From positions 3,962,607 to 4,026,606 of the forward strand of contig CM082598.2 of NCBI GenBank assembly GCA_040954595.2: 64,000 bases of DNA, written 5' to 3'. The notes beneath the pieces are model-generated. The model worked only from the letters and a program-made list of their open reading frames with translations. It had not been told where the DNA came from and searched no databases. This stretch comes from Balanoglossus misakiensis (Eukaryota > Animalia > Hemichordata). Numbering within the stretch: position 1 is the first letter of the stretch; each line of letters opens with the position of its first letter. Positions 12,436 through 24,800 of the stretch are shown piece by piece. The position numbers were made by a program, and so were the translations under genes.

Positions 12436-15342
12436 AATTCCAGACTCTGATTCCAGACTTTGACAACTCTATGACACTACAGAGTTCGCGAAGAATTCCC
12501 GCACCAATGGGAGCTGACAGTTTGGTACCTCTCCAAAAAATGCCAACTATGCGATCCTAATTTCCTCTGTAAACCAACTCGGGAATTTGTCACTACTGGT
12601 TTGAGAAGTGAAACAAATAAACTGCATGCTTGTTTACAAAGACCGCTGCAAATCCCAACAAAGCATAAACCGTCCCTCGCGCGACTCAAAACTTTTCTGA
12701 CAGACTGACACATGACAAAACGATCAGCGGACAAGTCTGCTGCCCTCTATCTGTAAAACTCATCACCATCTTTCCCGACGACATATCCACGCCAACTTCA
12801 ACTGGATTCACTTTCCTGAAGGCATGACTCTCCCGATGAAAGTATCCCATGTCCTGACCTCGGCCATCTAAGCTGTATTCCGTGTAACACAGAAAATAAG
12901 TCCAATTACAGACAACTACCGCAAACCGTCACTTGACAGAGCTTTAATCATAACAGTATGTCTGAACAGCAGATACTGTGATTATGTTGGTAACTTTGGA
13001 ATAACCAATTTTCAAGTTTGTTCAATGGTAAAAGAAGTTATTAGCGTCAAAATTTTTACAAGCCACAGAATTGCTTAACCTAAAGCCTACAATGAAAACT
13101 GGTATTCCACTTTGGTTAATTTAAAAAGAGTTAGAAGAAAGTGGTGATTGCCAGGGCGAAAATTTCTTTGAGAAGAAATTCACTCCCACCCTCCTCACTC
13201 ACTGTTTCTCTCTAGTCAACATCTCCTTATGAAATGTTGCCAGTAACATTTGGGACTTGTACACCACTAATCATGTAACTCAATACAGTTCACTCGCGTT
13301 GTTTACACTCAATAAAAATGTCACAGAATGCAAATTTTAATGACCTTGTCCTCTAATCATGGATATGAACTTGGGCCTGGAATTTGTTGTAACCTGAACA
13401 GGCCAAGTACGTCCATAAAAACAAAAGACTTCCCATTATTGGCCAGGGAGGGAGTCCTGTTGATAAGTAGTACATGTAATTTACTTTCAAAGATAAATCG
13501 TGAAACAGTGCTTTCTGCGTATCAAACACTTTTCTGGTTCATTTTCTCAGCTAGCGGAATACAAAATCCAGTTTCATCTCATTGTTATTTGAGAAATGCT
13601 ACTTGCACACGTTTCATCATATTAAGTAAGTTGTCACGTCCCAACATTCACATAAAAAAACAGCTGGGAATGCAACGTAAATGTTTCAACATTTAAAGAA
13701 ACGATTTGAGGGGTCACAGGTCATGACCTCTGACCCCACTACTGCAAGTCACGCTATCAATCTCGCTGCAATGACAAGACAGCTGCATATACAAGTTTTC
13801 CAAAATTGTAACGATTTCCAACTACTGAAAATGATATCAAATGTTTTCCGTAAGAAACAACTGCTTGTTTTCTGCACTGATATCAATTCTACACATCAAC
13901 TTTGGTTCAATAGTTAAGATTTCATTCATTCATATCATCAGACATCATACCAAAACAAATGCATTGAAAAATAATGCATCTTCTATGAAAAGTTAAAGGT
14001 TTCAAATTTTGCAAAGAGGCTTGGAAACAAACTATAAATTCAATCTATTCTACTTTAATGGCCATACAGTTTCCAGACATTCAGAAGTACCAGTAATGTT
14101 TGTATACTATCATGTTTTACGTTGACATTTTCCAGTTTTCCACTATTTGAACACACATTTTTGATAGACACAGTTCTGTACAGGACAGATAAAAATTCAG
14201 AAGACTATGAGGTCATCACTGTTGACCCCAGCGATCCTTGTCCTGGATGACCTTAGATAACGCCATGTGACCACAGTCTTTGAGACAATTAAGACTTCTG
14301 AAGTCAATGATTGATTGTTGACCACTTTTTAAGACCTTCAGTGACTCGCCAAGCACTCTCAGTAATTGGTTCAAAGTTTTCATGTCCTGGGTGAAACAGC
14401 TGTTACTTTTTAGAACAGTTTTATCAATTTCAGAACAATGAGGAACCGAGCTTCGGTCTAACATCTAATCCCGCACCAATAAAGAACTCTGTACAACCAA
14501 GTGGCCCTGTACAATTTATCAACTATCAAATAAATCAGAGAGAGAAAGAATAATGAGCTTGCAAAGGCTCCCCCTTTTAAGAAAAACAGAAACACATGTC
14601 AACATCTTCCCAAACCGGCCCAAGCTGACAGACAAGCCACCGAAGAGAAATAACAAAATAAATACCAATGGCTAACGTAAGAGGGCGCTTATGTATCTTC
14701 CCATGATAAAGTACTCTGTCCGCTGTCTTTAAGTTTAACCTAACCTACTTGCCAACCAGCTGAAGAAAAACAACTATGAGAATAAAGTATTCTTTGCAGA
14801 ATGCCGGGGGAAAGCGAAAACATTATTTACTTTAATTACTTTAAATTACGAAAGTTACTTTGTTATGAAAATGTTTGCCCATTATTGACCTACAATAAAT
14901 TAAATACAGGGCGTACGACTTTCTATTTTATTTTAGGAGTATGGTAGGGATGAAATAACATAGAAGAAAAATATTTCCTTTAGGAATACTGATGATGAAA
15001 ACATTTCTGAGAGCCAGATGTTGAGATGTTTTTCCAGCTGTGGGTTTCATTCCCGCGGATCTAGCAAGGAATTAATTCCCAATGAGCTGGAGATACCGGT
15101 TCCATTGGAAATCAAAAGCTGGGAATCTCAACTATTCTACTGGGTATCAAAGAATACCACACACATACAAGTTTAGTCAAAATGGGCCGGGAGAAGGACT
15201 ATATATACATATACATGGTGGTCTTTTTCACAGAAAGTTTGTGTATGCAAAATGCATTTGAAGCATTATGAATATTTAAAAGCACCGCTTCTTGTTGTAC
15301 AGTTTTGATCTCAGTGAAAAAATTACGTTTTATACACATTAA

Positions 15343-15845
15343 AGGCACGTAAGCTGTAACTTTTGGGATAATTTTCATAATTTTTGTTTCAAACTGCACT
15401 ACCATTAGTCCATGCAGATGAAGGCAGTGAACTATACACAAGCATAATAAACCCTAAATATGAGTGCATATGCAAGTTTTAACCAGATAAATAATAAAGC
15501 TTTGCCGCAAGCGATTATGGCCGCCACCGTGGGAAAATGCAAGAAACAATGAAAATGTTGCATTTCCGGTTATGAAACTTCATAAACAAAACATGATCTC
15601 ATCCATTGACCTCATGGAAGTAAATGTACACCACTGAGACATCAGATTTTCATTTTTCACTGCAATATAGCACTTTTTTTTAAATTGCAGGAATTTTTGT
15701 TTTTCTTTAATTTTTGGCCATTTTGTCATAAATAAGTGTTGAGCTTGATATATTATCATGAAATAGCATTTAATAGACATAATTAAAAGCATATATGAGA
15801 TTATTTAAAGCTTTAATTTTTTATCCAGTTGCAGCTTACGTGCCT
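15343..15845. mobile_element. 503-bp non-autonomous DNA transposon, Kolobok-like (TTAA TSD, AGG termini)
   Basis: TTAA|AGGCACGTAAGCTGTAACT ... AGTTGCAGCTTACGTGCCT|TTAA: 19-bp TIR with one mismatch. Superfamily inferred from TSD and termini. Confidence 0.8.
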
Positions 15846-15942
15846 TTAAAAGAAGAAATACCTGTACATCTGATCTTCACAAGTTCTCAAAATCTTCCAG
15901 TCTTCATCATAGATATTACTTCAGTAGAATATACCCTTGGCA

Positions 15943-15950
15943 GACAGACA

Positions 15951-15984
<34 letters not shown>
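15943..15984. repeat. (CA)n microsatellite
   Basis: Direct inspection. Confidence 0.95.
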
Positions 15985-15987
<3 letters not shown>

Positions 15988-16162
15988 ATGTATACATATC
16001 ATACATGCATACCCAAAACATGTATTTTGTATATACACCAAGGCTAGTCATTCAACATTTCAGAATCCATTTCCCAGAACTTTCCATCAGTAAATATCTC
16101 ACACAGACAAATGAAAACATAAATCCAACTTCAATGTACCCACAATTCTGATCTTGTCTTAC

Positions 16163-18275
16163 CTGTCACTGTCCGGCAGAGACAACGTCTTCGACATGCA
16201 TTCACGCACAGCGGCCATGCCGTCACGGAACCTGGACGCGTAGCGTTTGTTGTACAACAGTCCACCGCCCTCACTCATGTATCCACTGGTGACTTCTTCC
16301 AGCTGCGCATTCCGGCTGAGGATGTCGCCGTCGCTGACGTATCCACTGGCGATGTCTTCGTTGACCGGATCGGAGACCTCATCCATGATCTGCGACGGGT
16401 CCGTGTTCATTTCCGTCAAGTGCGCCCGGTTGGAGATCGTTCTGCGCAGCGAGTTCGTGTTGTACAGTCGCGTCGACGACGTCGATGGAATATAGCGATT
16501 CAGTCCGGGTCTGGAGGTGTACGTCGACGACAGAGGGCTCCCTTCGCCGAAAGAGCGGAGACTCGATGTTTGCATAGTGTTGCTCAGCGTTGAGGGAGGC
16601 GTGAAAGATCGGAGATACGACAACGGCGGTCTGAGACCCGAATTCAACAGACTGCTGTTGTCACCTGTACCCAGCGTTGTCTCTTTGGGCGGCACAGAGT
16701 TCGGATGATGATGATGCATTTGTTGCGTGACGACATTGTCGTTATCGAACGTCGTTTCCACGGTGCTTCTGACGCTCGGACTTGGACTCACAGAACGCAG
16801 ATTCTGCAAGGTCACATCCAGATTTTGTCGTAGTTCCGAAATACTGCGAGCTGCTCTCTGTTGTTCGGGAGTTCCAAACGTGGTCACTGCTTTGTTGTCT
16901 TTGTCGTACGTCGTCATGACCTCCTCTTGCCCCGGACGATAAATCACGCTACTCTCCGACGAATAGCTGTTACCGGACGACATCGTGCCCGGCGTACTGG
17001 CTGAGGAATCGGTACTGAACGAATGATTGCTCAAGTTCAAATCGCTACTGTTCTTCACGTTATTGACGTGACTGAGATGTCCATTGGTCGGTCCACTGCT
17101 CTGCGGGGGGTGCAGAGGAGCAGGGTGTTGGGGCTGCGTCATTTTGACGCTCGGGGGTTGAAGCGTGCGGCGGCCGGGATTCTCTTGATGCGTCGGTTTA
17201 GAATCCTGAGAATTTGCGGTTGAATTTGTTTTGGCTGGTTTTGGTGATACACTTCTCTGTCTGGCTGGTCCCGGGTAGGTGCCGTACAGACCACCCCGAG
17301 TTGGGCCGTTTGATTTCTCTTTGCCGTTCTTATCGTACTCTCTTGAATTGACGTTTTTCGTGGCTGGTTTCCCGAAATCGTTCTTATTCCCTTGCACCAT
17401 CTGTCCTTTAGTAGGCTGGGGGATTCCGCTGGAAATCTGTGGTTTACTTTTCGTTGCGGTGACACTTTTCCCGGCTTTTGGAATGGAGGAACCGGCCTTG
17501 GAGGTGGTACGCTTCCCCACGTTTGGACTCGGTTCTGTGGAGACGGCTCGCCTCGCTTCCTCCCGCTCTTTATTGCGATTTATTTCGTTGCTCTCAGCCT
17601 CCGTCTTGTGACGGTTGTCGTCGACCTTTTGAATCGCGCCCCTTCCCGGTCGAGCGGGACTTTTCGACGTGTCTGTCCGTCCGATTTCTTTCCGCTGACT
17701 CTTGGGGGAGCCCTTGCGCGCACTGTTCAACGCTTTACCCAGAGTTCTCTGCATAGCCTTGAGTCCTGTCCGAGGACTGCCCGAACTGTTTGACGTCGCC
17801 GTGGACGTCGATGTCTCGGTCGTCGAGCTGAATGCCGATCTCGAGCTGCCTGTCGTCGACGTACTCCGCCCTGATGTACTACTCGAGACAGTGCCGATGC
17901 TAGTACTGCTCTCTGACGACCGCGCCCCTCCGCGGGGACGGTGATCGCGCATGGTAGTCCTTTGGTGCATCACCGGGCGTTCTTTGGAAACGGTTCGCGA
18001 CACACTACTACTGCTGCTACTAGTCCTCTCTTTACTGCTGGCTCTCTCCTTTGCGTTGGACCCGCCGAACAGTCTCCCCAGCATTGAATTCTTCCCATTT
18101 CCGGGCCCTTTCTGGGAAGGATTGGTGGCTTGCCTGTCTGTCGCTGCTTTGCTCTTGCCGGCAGTGGTGGTCTTGGCAGTTTTGGCACTTGGATGTGGAA
18201 TGTTTGAGACTCCCCCGTTGGATAGTGGTTGATGCCCCGTGGTACCTGAGGAATGGTGGGAGGTTTGCATGATAC
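16163..18275 (-). CDS. NAV: NAV large exon (2113 bp), Ser/Thr/Pro-rich disordered region with SxIP motifs and SGYVSDGD / SGYMSEGGGLLY motifs
   Basis: Core of the 723-aa ORF, GC-rich, with ttttctttgccag acceptor (phase 1) and AG/gtaaga donor (phase 2). The C-terminal SGY motifs are typical of navigators. The ORF's Met at 18330 is intronic. Confidence 0.93.
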
Positions 18276-18331
18276 CTGGCAAAGAAAATACAACATCGTG
18301 AATGTTAAGAGAATAATAGACACACTTCATA

Positions 18332-18435
18332 CAGTCAAACCTGTCTATAAGTATAACCAGTCGAGGTGGCCTTATAGACAGGTCAATGAATGCATATATG
18401 TAACACAGAGTTGGCCACTAACACAGGTGTGACTG
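18332..18435. mobile_element. Tc1/mariner-type MITE, family B
   Basis: TA|CAGTCAAACCTGT ... ACAGGTGTGACTG|TA. Related copies at 27762, 58278 and 59604. Confidence 0.8.
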
Positions 18436-20275
18436 TACCATAATGATGGCAATTTTCATGAAGCAAATCTTAAACAGTCTTTGTTTTAATAATGACACTC
18501 AGTAACAGGAAACTGTTCATATGAATTTACAACAACCCTACAACAGCTGGAGAAATTCTTTCTTTAACGTTACAGTAATTCAAAGCCCATTTAGCTTGAC
18601 TGATATTCAGCAAATAAGATTTCCGTGAAATGGGGAGAGACTTTGGTAGATTGAATGGTTGATTCAGTAAAGTGACTCAACATTCAAATCACTGTCAAAT
18701 ATGTCAACAAATTTACGACCACCTGACAATAACTTATCAGAAAGGTGAGAAGTTGAATGAAGCTTGAAATAAAAAACTAAACTGGACTACAACTAAAGTG
18801 GTAACACACTAAAAGTCAACACTCAAACATGATTTAAAAACCTAAAATTCAAAATCACATGAATAAAAATGTAAAGTCAAAAAAGACATCATGCAACATT
18901 CCAACAGTAAAATCTTGTTATATTAATCAAGCAAAATTATGGTGGGTAGGGTACTATCAAAAGCTAAAAAGAATTTACGAGGGTAAATGTTGGTACTGTT
19001 AGTTCCGATGTGCTGTAATTGAAATGCAAATTGGTTATTAATTATGAATGACGCCAAGAGGGCACCGATATGACACCCAAGGCCTTAGTGAAGAATCTGC
19101 CGGCAAACTGAAAACAAATATTACTGCTATATGGGATGCTCGTTGGATGAACAAACTTTATGTTTCTGTAATATTTCAGGGGGGAAAATGAACAACCAAA
19201 TACAGCTAGCACCATACACACACAAATCTCTGCTTTATGCAGCAATGTTATCAACTTCCTTTCCTCTTTGCTGTAAACTGTTACCATGACAGCCTTTTAC
19301 AAACTAAACATACAACTAATGACAGTCTGTGTGTATCAGAATACGATAGTGCGTATCGCTGTATTTGGTTATTTTTACGTTAATGTTGCGACCGAACTTT
19401 GACCACCATAAACCTCAACCAATTCAAACTCTTGCCTGCTTCAAGCTGATTGGGTGTTTCTGTGAAACATCAAACCACAGCATGATTCTGATTGGCTGAT
19501 GCCTTACAGAAGTTCTAACCAATGTCACCGAGTAAACTTTGTTCATGGTTATTGGTATCTTAAAACTACGTGATATTATTGATCTGCTGGCAGTTTTGCT
19601 TTGTGCTATACTTTCCTAGCTTCTTGTTTGAATTGGCAAAGGTTAGTGGCCACAAGCTCCAGATACAATTCTATTTTGTACAAGTAGAATGCAATAAAAT
19701 CTGTCCTTTCGCAATCCAAAAACTGATAACCTCCCATCTGAATTCTTAAATATTTTCTTCCTCAATTCCAAATACCTTATTTTGATGCGTAAGATGACAG
19801 ATTTCAGTGTATTCATTTTGAGATCGTTCGTCATGCAGTATAGGGGATATGGATCTATGAACCAGACGCTACCCTAGATAGGATTTCACACTAGATGTTG
19901 CTACGACAGCCAATAAAAAAACTAAGAGTATACTGTTTTATAGCTTGCAGGCTTCCTAGTCTAAACCACTAAACCTTTAAAATAACAGGTATAATTTGGA
20001 ATTTTTTTTAACGCATGCATTGTACCTTTTTTGAGTGAACGAGTTTGATAATTGAAAAGCACGTCTGAAAACAATTAGAAGAGAACACGTGAATGGATGT
20101 TATAGAAAAACATGCAAATTTTCAGTGGCTGCCATGGAAACGATGGTTTCGACAGGAAGAAACTGTGTTGTAAGTTTGTTGGTGAGAATAAACAGAAAAC
20201 CGTCATGCTACGTTTGCTGTAAACGCCATGCAAGCTAACTAAATAAGATATTGCTGTATGGATTGGATTGGATAC

Positions 20276-20527
20276 CTTGGCCATTACGAAGCGTCGTGGT
20301 CTGCGAGTGACCCCCCGTTGTCTGCAACCGAGCCTTATCGGCCGCCCTGTTGCTCTGGTTCAGCCGGGCGATATTAGATCCATGAGTGGTCGCGACGCCG
20401 TTTTGATTGTTATTGTTATTTAAAGGACCACGGGTGGTTTTTGTTGGCGCGGGGAGCTTAGAGGGCGCGAGGTCTGTTCCGCCCCGCATTATGGCGGACG
20501 ATGTGGAGGAGGATGACGAGCGACGAT
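20276..20527 (-). CDS. NAV: NAV exon, low-complexity linker (RRSSSSSTSSAIMRGGTDLAPSKLPAP...TLRNGQ)
   Basis: 252-bp GC-rich open exon with tttcttatcttccag acceptor and CAAG/gtatcc donor. Phase 1/1, compatible with both flanking exons. Confidence 0.88.
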
Positions 20528-20595
20528 CTGGAAGATAAGAAATTCCGGGATTGGGAAGAAAGTCACACGAACTGTCACGAGACACGACAAGTCAC

Positions 20596-20640
20596 CTGGG
20601 TGGATGAAGGAACTACGAACATCAACGCAATCTTGTGTGT
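20596..20640 (-). CDS. Candidate 45-nt cassette exon of NAV (TQDCVDVRSSFIHP)
   Basis: ttttgtgactag acceptor, CCAG/gtgact donor, phase 1/1, stop-free, UG-rich upstream tract; leaves a 68-nt intron to the next exon. Confidence 0.4.
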
Positions 20641-20962
20641 CTAGTCACAAAATTACACAACATTGTATCAACACAACACTTACACACACAATTTCAAGTC
20701 TACTTCTACGTCAACACATCATTTTTGACGTTTAATAATTACACATCAGAAAAATGTTGAGCTGGACTTTTTTCTCACAACGACAGCATACAGCACAAGT
20801 AAACATTAAACTCCATTTCAAATCATTATTTATTTTACACATCCACACCAAATTCTGTACCATCCAAACTGGACATCAACACTTAAAAATCAATTATCAT
20901 AAATTTCAGATATTTATTTCAGTATTACTGAATGAATTTTCTTTATAAATCCACAAATTTAC

Positions 20963-21031
20963 CATTTTTCCCATTCACAAACTGAAACAGGAGCAAATTA
21001 TACATTTTCAATCTGACTGCGGGACAACTAC
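20963..21031 (-). CDS. Candidate 69-nt cassette exon of NAV (SCPAVRLKMYNLLLFQFVNGKN)
   Basis: Long polypyrimidine acceptor (ttttcgtcatttccttccaccacag), ATG/gtaaat donor, phase 1/1, stop-free; leaves a 67-nt upstream intron. Confidence 0.28.
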
Positions 21032-21098
21032 CTGTGGTGGAAGGAAATGACGAAAAATATGACAAAATCACACACCAATATGGAATTTCCAAACTTAC

Positions 21099-21191
21099 TT
21101 GAACCTTGACCTTGAGACTTCTGTTGTTGTTTGTATCTTGAAAGTGCGAAAAACAGTCCCAGTATTGCCTTTAGGTTTCCCTCTCTTAGAT
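21099..21191 (-). CDS. NAV: NAV exon, CH domain end: (D)LREGNLKAILGLFFALSRYKQQQKSQGQGS
   Basis: 93-bp exon with ttttctggcag acceptor and gtaagt donor. GNLKAILGLFF.LSRYKQQQ is the conserved C-terminal CH helix of navigators. Phase 1/1. Confidence 0.96.
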
Positions 21192-21527
21192 CTGCCAGAA
21201 AAAAAATTGTGGACTTGGGTTTAGTCTGGATTCTAGACTAACAAGACACTGACAAATGCTGACCACTTTATCCTAGAATTCTGTATCAAGTCCTAACAGT
21301 CCACTAAAGAGCACAGCTACTGAAATCTATGTGAAGATCCATTTATTGGAAGAATGGCGATCAAGAAATATATAACAACTTGTCTGCATGAGATTGGAAA
21401 GTTATTAACTTCAAGATAGGTCTGTAAGGTTTCAAAACTGCATTGGGTCTGCAGGAATCTGGTTTATGGGTTTTAATAGAAAGACACTGCATTTTCTTGC
21501 AACAATCTCAAAGAAGTTACTGATTCA

Positions 21528-21790
21528 CAGAAACTACCACAAAATCTTTAAATTGGCCGAAACTGCCCAGATATCACTGGGTACAGAAAATACAAAACTG
21601 CTCGATGAGACTAGTTGGCGATTCCAAGAGACAAAAAGTAGTTTGCTAAAGTTATTTTTTGTAGACTACCATCTATCTGACTAAATAATGTTGCAGATTA
21701 TGCATGATTCAATAACTTCTGTAACTTTAAAATGAACACTATTGACAGAAACTACCATTAAATCTTTAAATTGGCCGAAACTGCCCAGAT
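21528..21790. repeat. About 45-bp direct duplication (21528-21572 and 21746-21790)
   Basis: cagaaactacca..aaatctttaaattggccgaaactgcccagat occurs twice in the intron between CH exons 3 and 4. Confidence 0.85.
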
Positions 21791-21824
21791 AACACGGTTC
21801 AGTCTACAGACGAACGACTCTTAC

Positions 21825-21897
21825 CTCGAGCATGTAGCCCCTGTATGTTAATTCCTTTGGACGCCAAGCATCCCAAGCATGTGTCAAGATTTTCCAA
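21825..21897 (-). CDS. NAV: NAV exon, CH domain part 3: LENLDTCLGCLASKGINIQGLHAR(D)
   Basis: 73-bp exon with tttttgacag acceptor and gtaaga donor. Matches the NAV 'ENI..CL.FL..KGINIQGL' segment. Not present in the ORF track; found by reading the minus strand. Confidence 0.95.
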
Positions 21898-24800
21898 CTG
21901 TCAAAAAATAGAAGAGAATAGGAGACATCATATTACTTCGAGTCCGTGCCAACAGGAAGAATACTTCTAATGACTTCATCCGTCTAAACATGACAGCTGT
22001 CAATATGTCATCGCTGAAAATATATAGTGATGACTTGCAGCTGATTATTGGGTTACCCAGACTGAAGTGTTTGCTTGTTTTTGAAGACATGTTCGGGTGT
22101 CCTAAGTGATTCAATCTCCACTTGTAACAAAATTGGGTCTGGTAATATGATTCTTAAAATTCAATTTTAACAAGCTGTCTATATGTCATCACGTCAACAG
22201 ACATTGATGATTTACAGCTGATTATAATTATTAAACATATAAAATCAGAAAGTACAAAATAGTTATTGAAATCAAACATGACACCTTAGGCAGTGTGGAA
22301 ATATCGCTAATCATCATTTTAATATGCACTCAGCTTATTTGAATAAATACAAGGCCAAGAAATGGTAGTATTGGTAGATTGGATACTAGACCCCCTGGTA
22401 GTTAGTTAACTTGTCAAATCCTTGCTGCAAATCTTTCATGAAAAGTCATATGAAGTGAGTTGTGTATGCAAGGTGCTATCAAAAAGTGTATTATTTATGG
22501 CATCGTCAATAAAGGGGGTGTAGCTTGTAAGTAGCCGACAATATTTTAAAGTAGTGGAATCCTGGGGGACCCAAGCGTTAGAGGGGGAGGATGGCAGAGG
22601 GTGTTACTTTGGGGGGCAAAGCAGCTGGTTGGGAAGGGCATTTGTTTTTTCTGGCCACTGGCTTCAATCCACAATATAATGTGCACAATGGAAGTTCAAA
22701 ATATACTCTCAGTTATGCAAGAACGAGACTATCGCCAATTAAAGTCTACATGACCAGCCAGAAATGATCCTTGGATTATGTGATGTTCAGAGAATGCCTT
22801 TGAAACCGAAATCACACACTCCATGGGTCTGATCACTGGGAGACCAGGAATTCCTCACTTAGAGGATTAAAAAGTCGCTGCAACTTGTTATCATTCTATT
22901 AACATTTTTTGGGGTGTTTTTTCTGTGTAAGAACGGCAAGTTGTTGAGCTATCTATATGCACATTTATCGTTAAACTTGTTTCTTTCTGTAGACGTCTAA
23001 TTTTGCCATCGATAACAATGGACTTGCAGCAAACCCCCATGGTGGTAAAAGGGTGAAATCAAAATTAGTCATGTAGAGAACTTCAAGGTGAAGTTCGAAA
23101 TACAACGAGAAATTCCAATTGGTGTTCATACTGCCCTCTCGAGTTTAAAATAAGAAACATAGCTTTCCCATTGGTCCTTCAACAAATTCAATTTTACTTG
23201 AATGAGTTAGTAGAATTAAATTTCAAAAGGTTGATCTTTGCATTGTTTCCATGGTTACAAGTTCCATGATTACAAGATAAAAACCAATTTCTGCTCAGCT
23301 CATTAAACTACTGTTTAACGTTTGAATCTAAAATAAAATTTGAGTCAACGTGAGTGTTATAACAGCATGCATAAAAATGTCACTTTGTACTAGAATTACA
23401 GTTACAGAAAACGAGGCCACACTAAATGATAAAAATATAAAGCATTTAATAAAACAGCTGTTTGGTTTTTACCCTTCATAAGATACGACCCTACCAGTCC
23501 AACATCTGTTATATCTATGAATTTTCCGAGTCTACAGAGACAGTAGCTAGCTATGAAACTTCTGTCGCGATATTTTAATATTACTTCATGATGAAAATAT
23601 TAATAATGTTATAACTATGTTCCCATATTTGTCCAACATCTGTTCAACCTATTTCATCCAGGCCATTTACATATACCAGTACAACAATACAAAGAAATGG
23701 TACAGAGAAATTGGCTCATTTTTTTTTCAAATCCAGTCAAGCCAAGGTGAACAACCGCTGGATTTAAATGAGACTACGTTGGTCCTGAGTCATCATCAAT
23801 TGCGTATTTCTGTCTGATATCAAAACAGTTTGACACACACATACACACCCTTATACAGACATGTGATATTGTTTTTTTTCTGTCCATTGTCAAAATTAAA
23901 AAAGAAATTCTCCATTTATAGTATAGAGTAATTGCATCTTTGGAATAATTATGGTAGTAGTTGATTTTTAGTACAGCTTTTTTTTCATCTTGACAATTTT
24001 TGTAGTCAAAGGAAAATAAGATAAACACAATTACAGTTAAACTTTGGGGGAATGGTTTCGGTATAGCAATATAAACAGGACTATACATTAATATTGACAG
24101 CATGTATGCCAACATATATGAAAGGGAGTTAAAGCCAGTGCCAAAATGATGACACAGCAGCATTCACAATGATGAAGGATAACCTAATCCCCACGTACAT
24201 TGCCATGGAAACCAGAGTACAAGGTCAGTTCAGTTTAAGTTCAAGAAATCCCGACGGTACAATGCGTCCTTTATCTGACCTTGACTGTCACCATCCATCA
24301 CTTAGATCTGCTAAGTTTACTATACAGGCGAGAGCAACTCGCCAAGATTTCTTGTGATGCTTGAGTTGTACACTCAGTCGAGAGTATTGGTGCTTGTAGC
24401 CCTGCGTACAAGTCAGTGTGTTTCCCGCATTACACAGTGTAACGCCAGAAGCACACAGACCTGTAGGCAGGGTTACGGTACTTGTACCATATGCTTGTAC
24501 GTGGGTCATTTACACTACGTTTCTCTTATGTTCCTCTTGTTTCACCAATTAAAAAGTCATTAATATGAGACTTAATTAACAGTGGGAGTATTAACCCTAA
24601 GGTAGGCCAACTTGCAAAAATCCTTCTCAAGTTCAATTTGTAAATTTACTAAAAGATCAGAAATGCCCAGAGAGAATGCTGAGTAAATTGAAGACATAGA
24701 ACACTTCAGTGTCCCAAGAAGCGTTACATCAATCAACCGTAACGCCATGGAAACAGGAAACGACTGAGTGAGCTAAACAGTTGTCAAAAGAATCACTTTC

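Noticed and set aside
14216-14464. Possible decayed RTE-type LINE 3' end (…IQDKDRW)
   Set aside because: Only a few residues resemble the motif; unsupported without a profile search.
16247-18323. Many overlapping ORFs on the plus strand and in alternative minus frames
   Set aside because: Shadow ORFs of the GC-rich NAV exon.
18276-18330. N-terminus MKCVYYSL... of the 723-aa ORF as a real start
   Set aside because: It is the polypyrimidine tract and acceptor of the large exon and abuts a MITE; the phase matches splicing from 20276.
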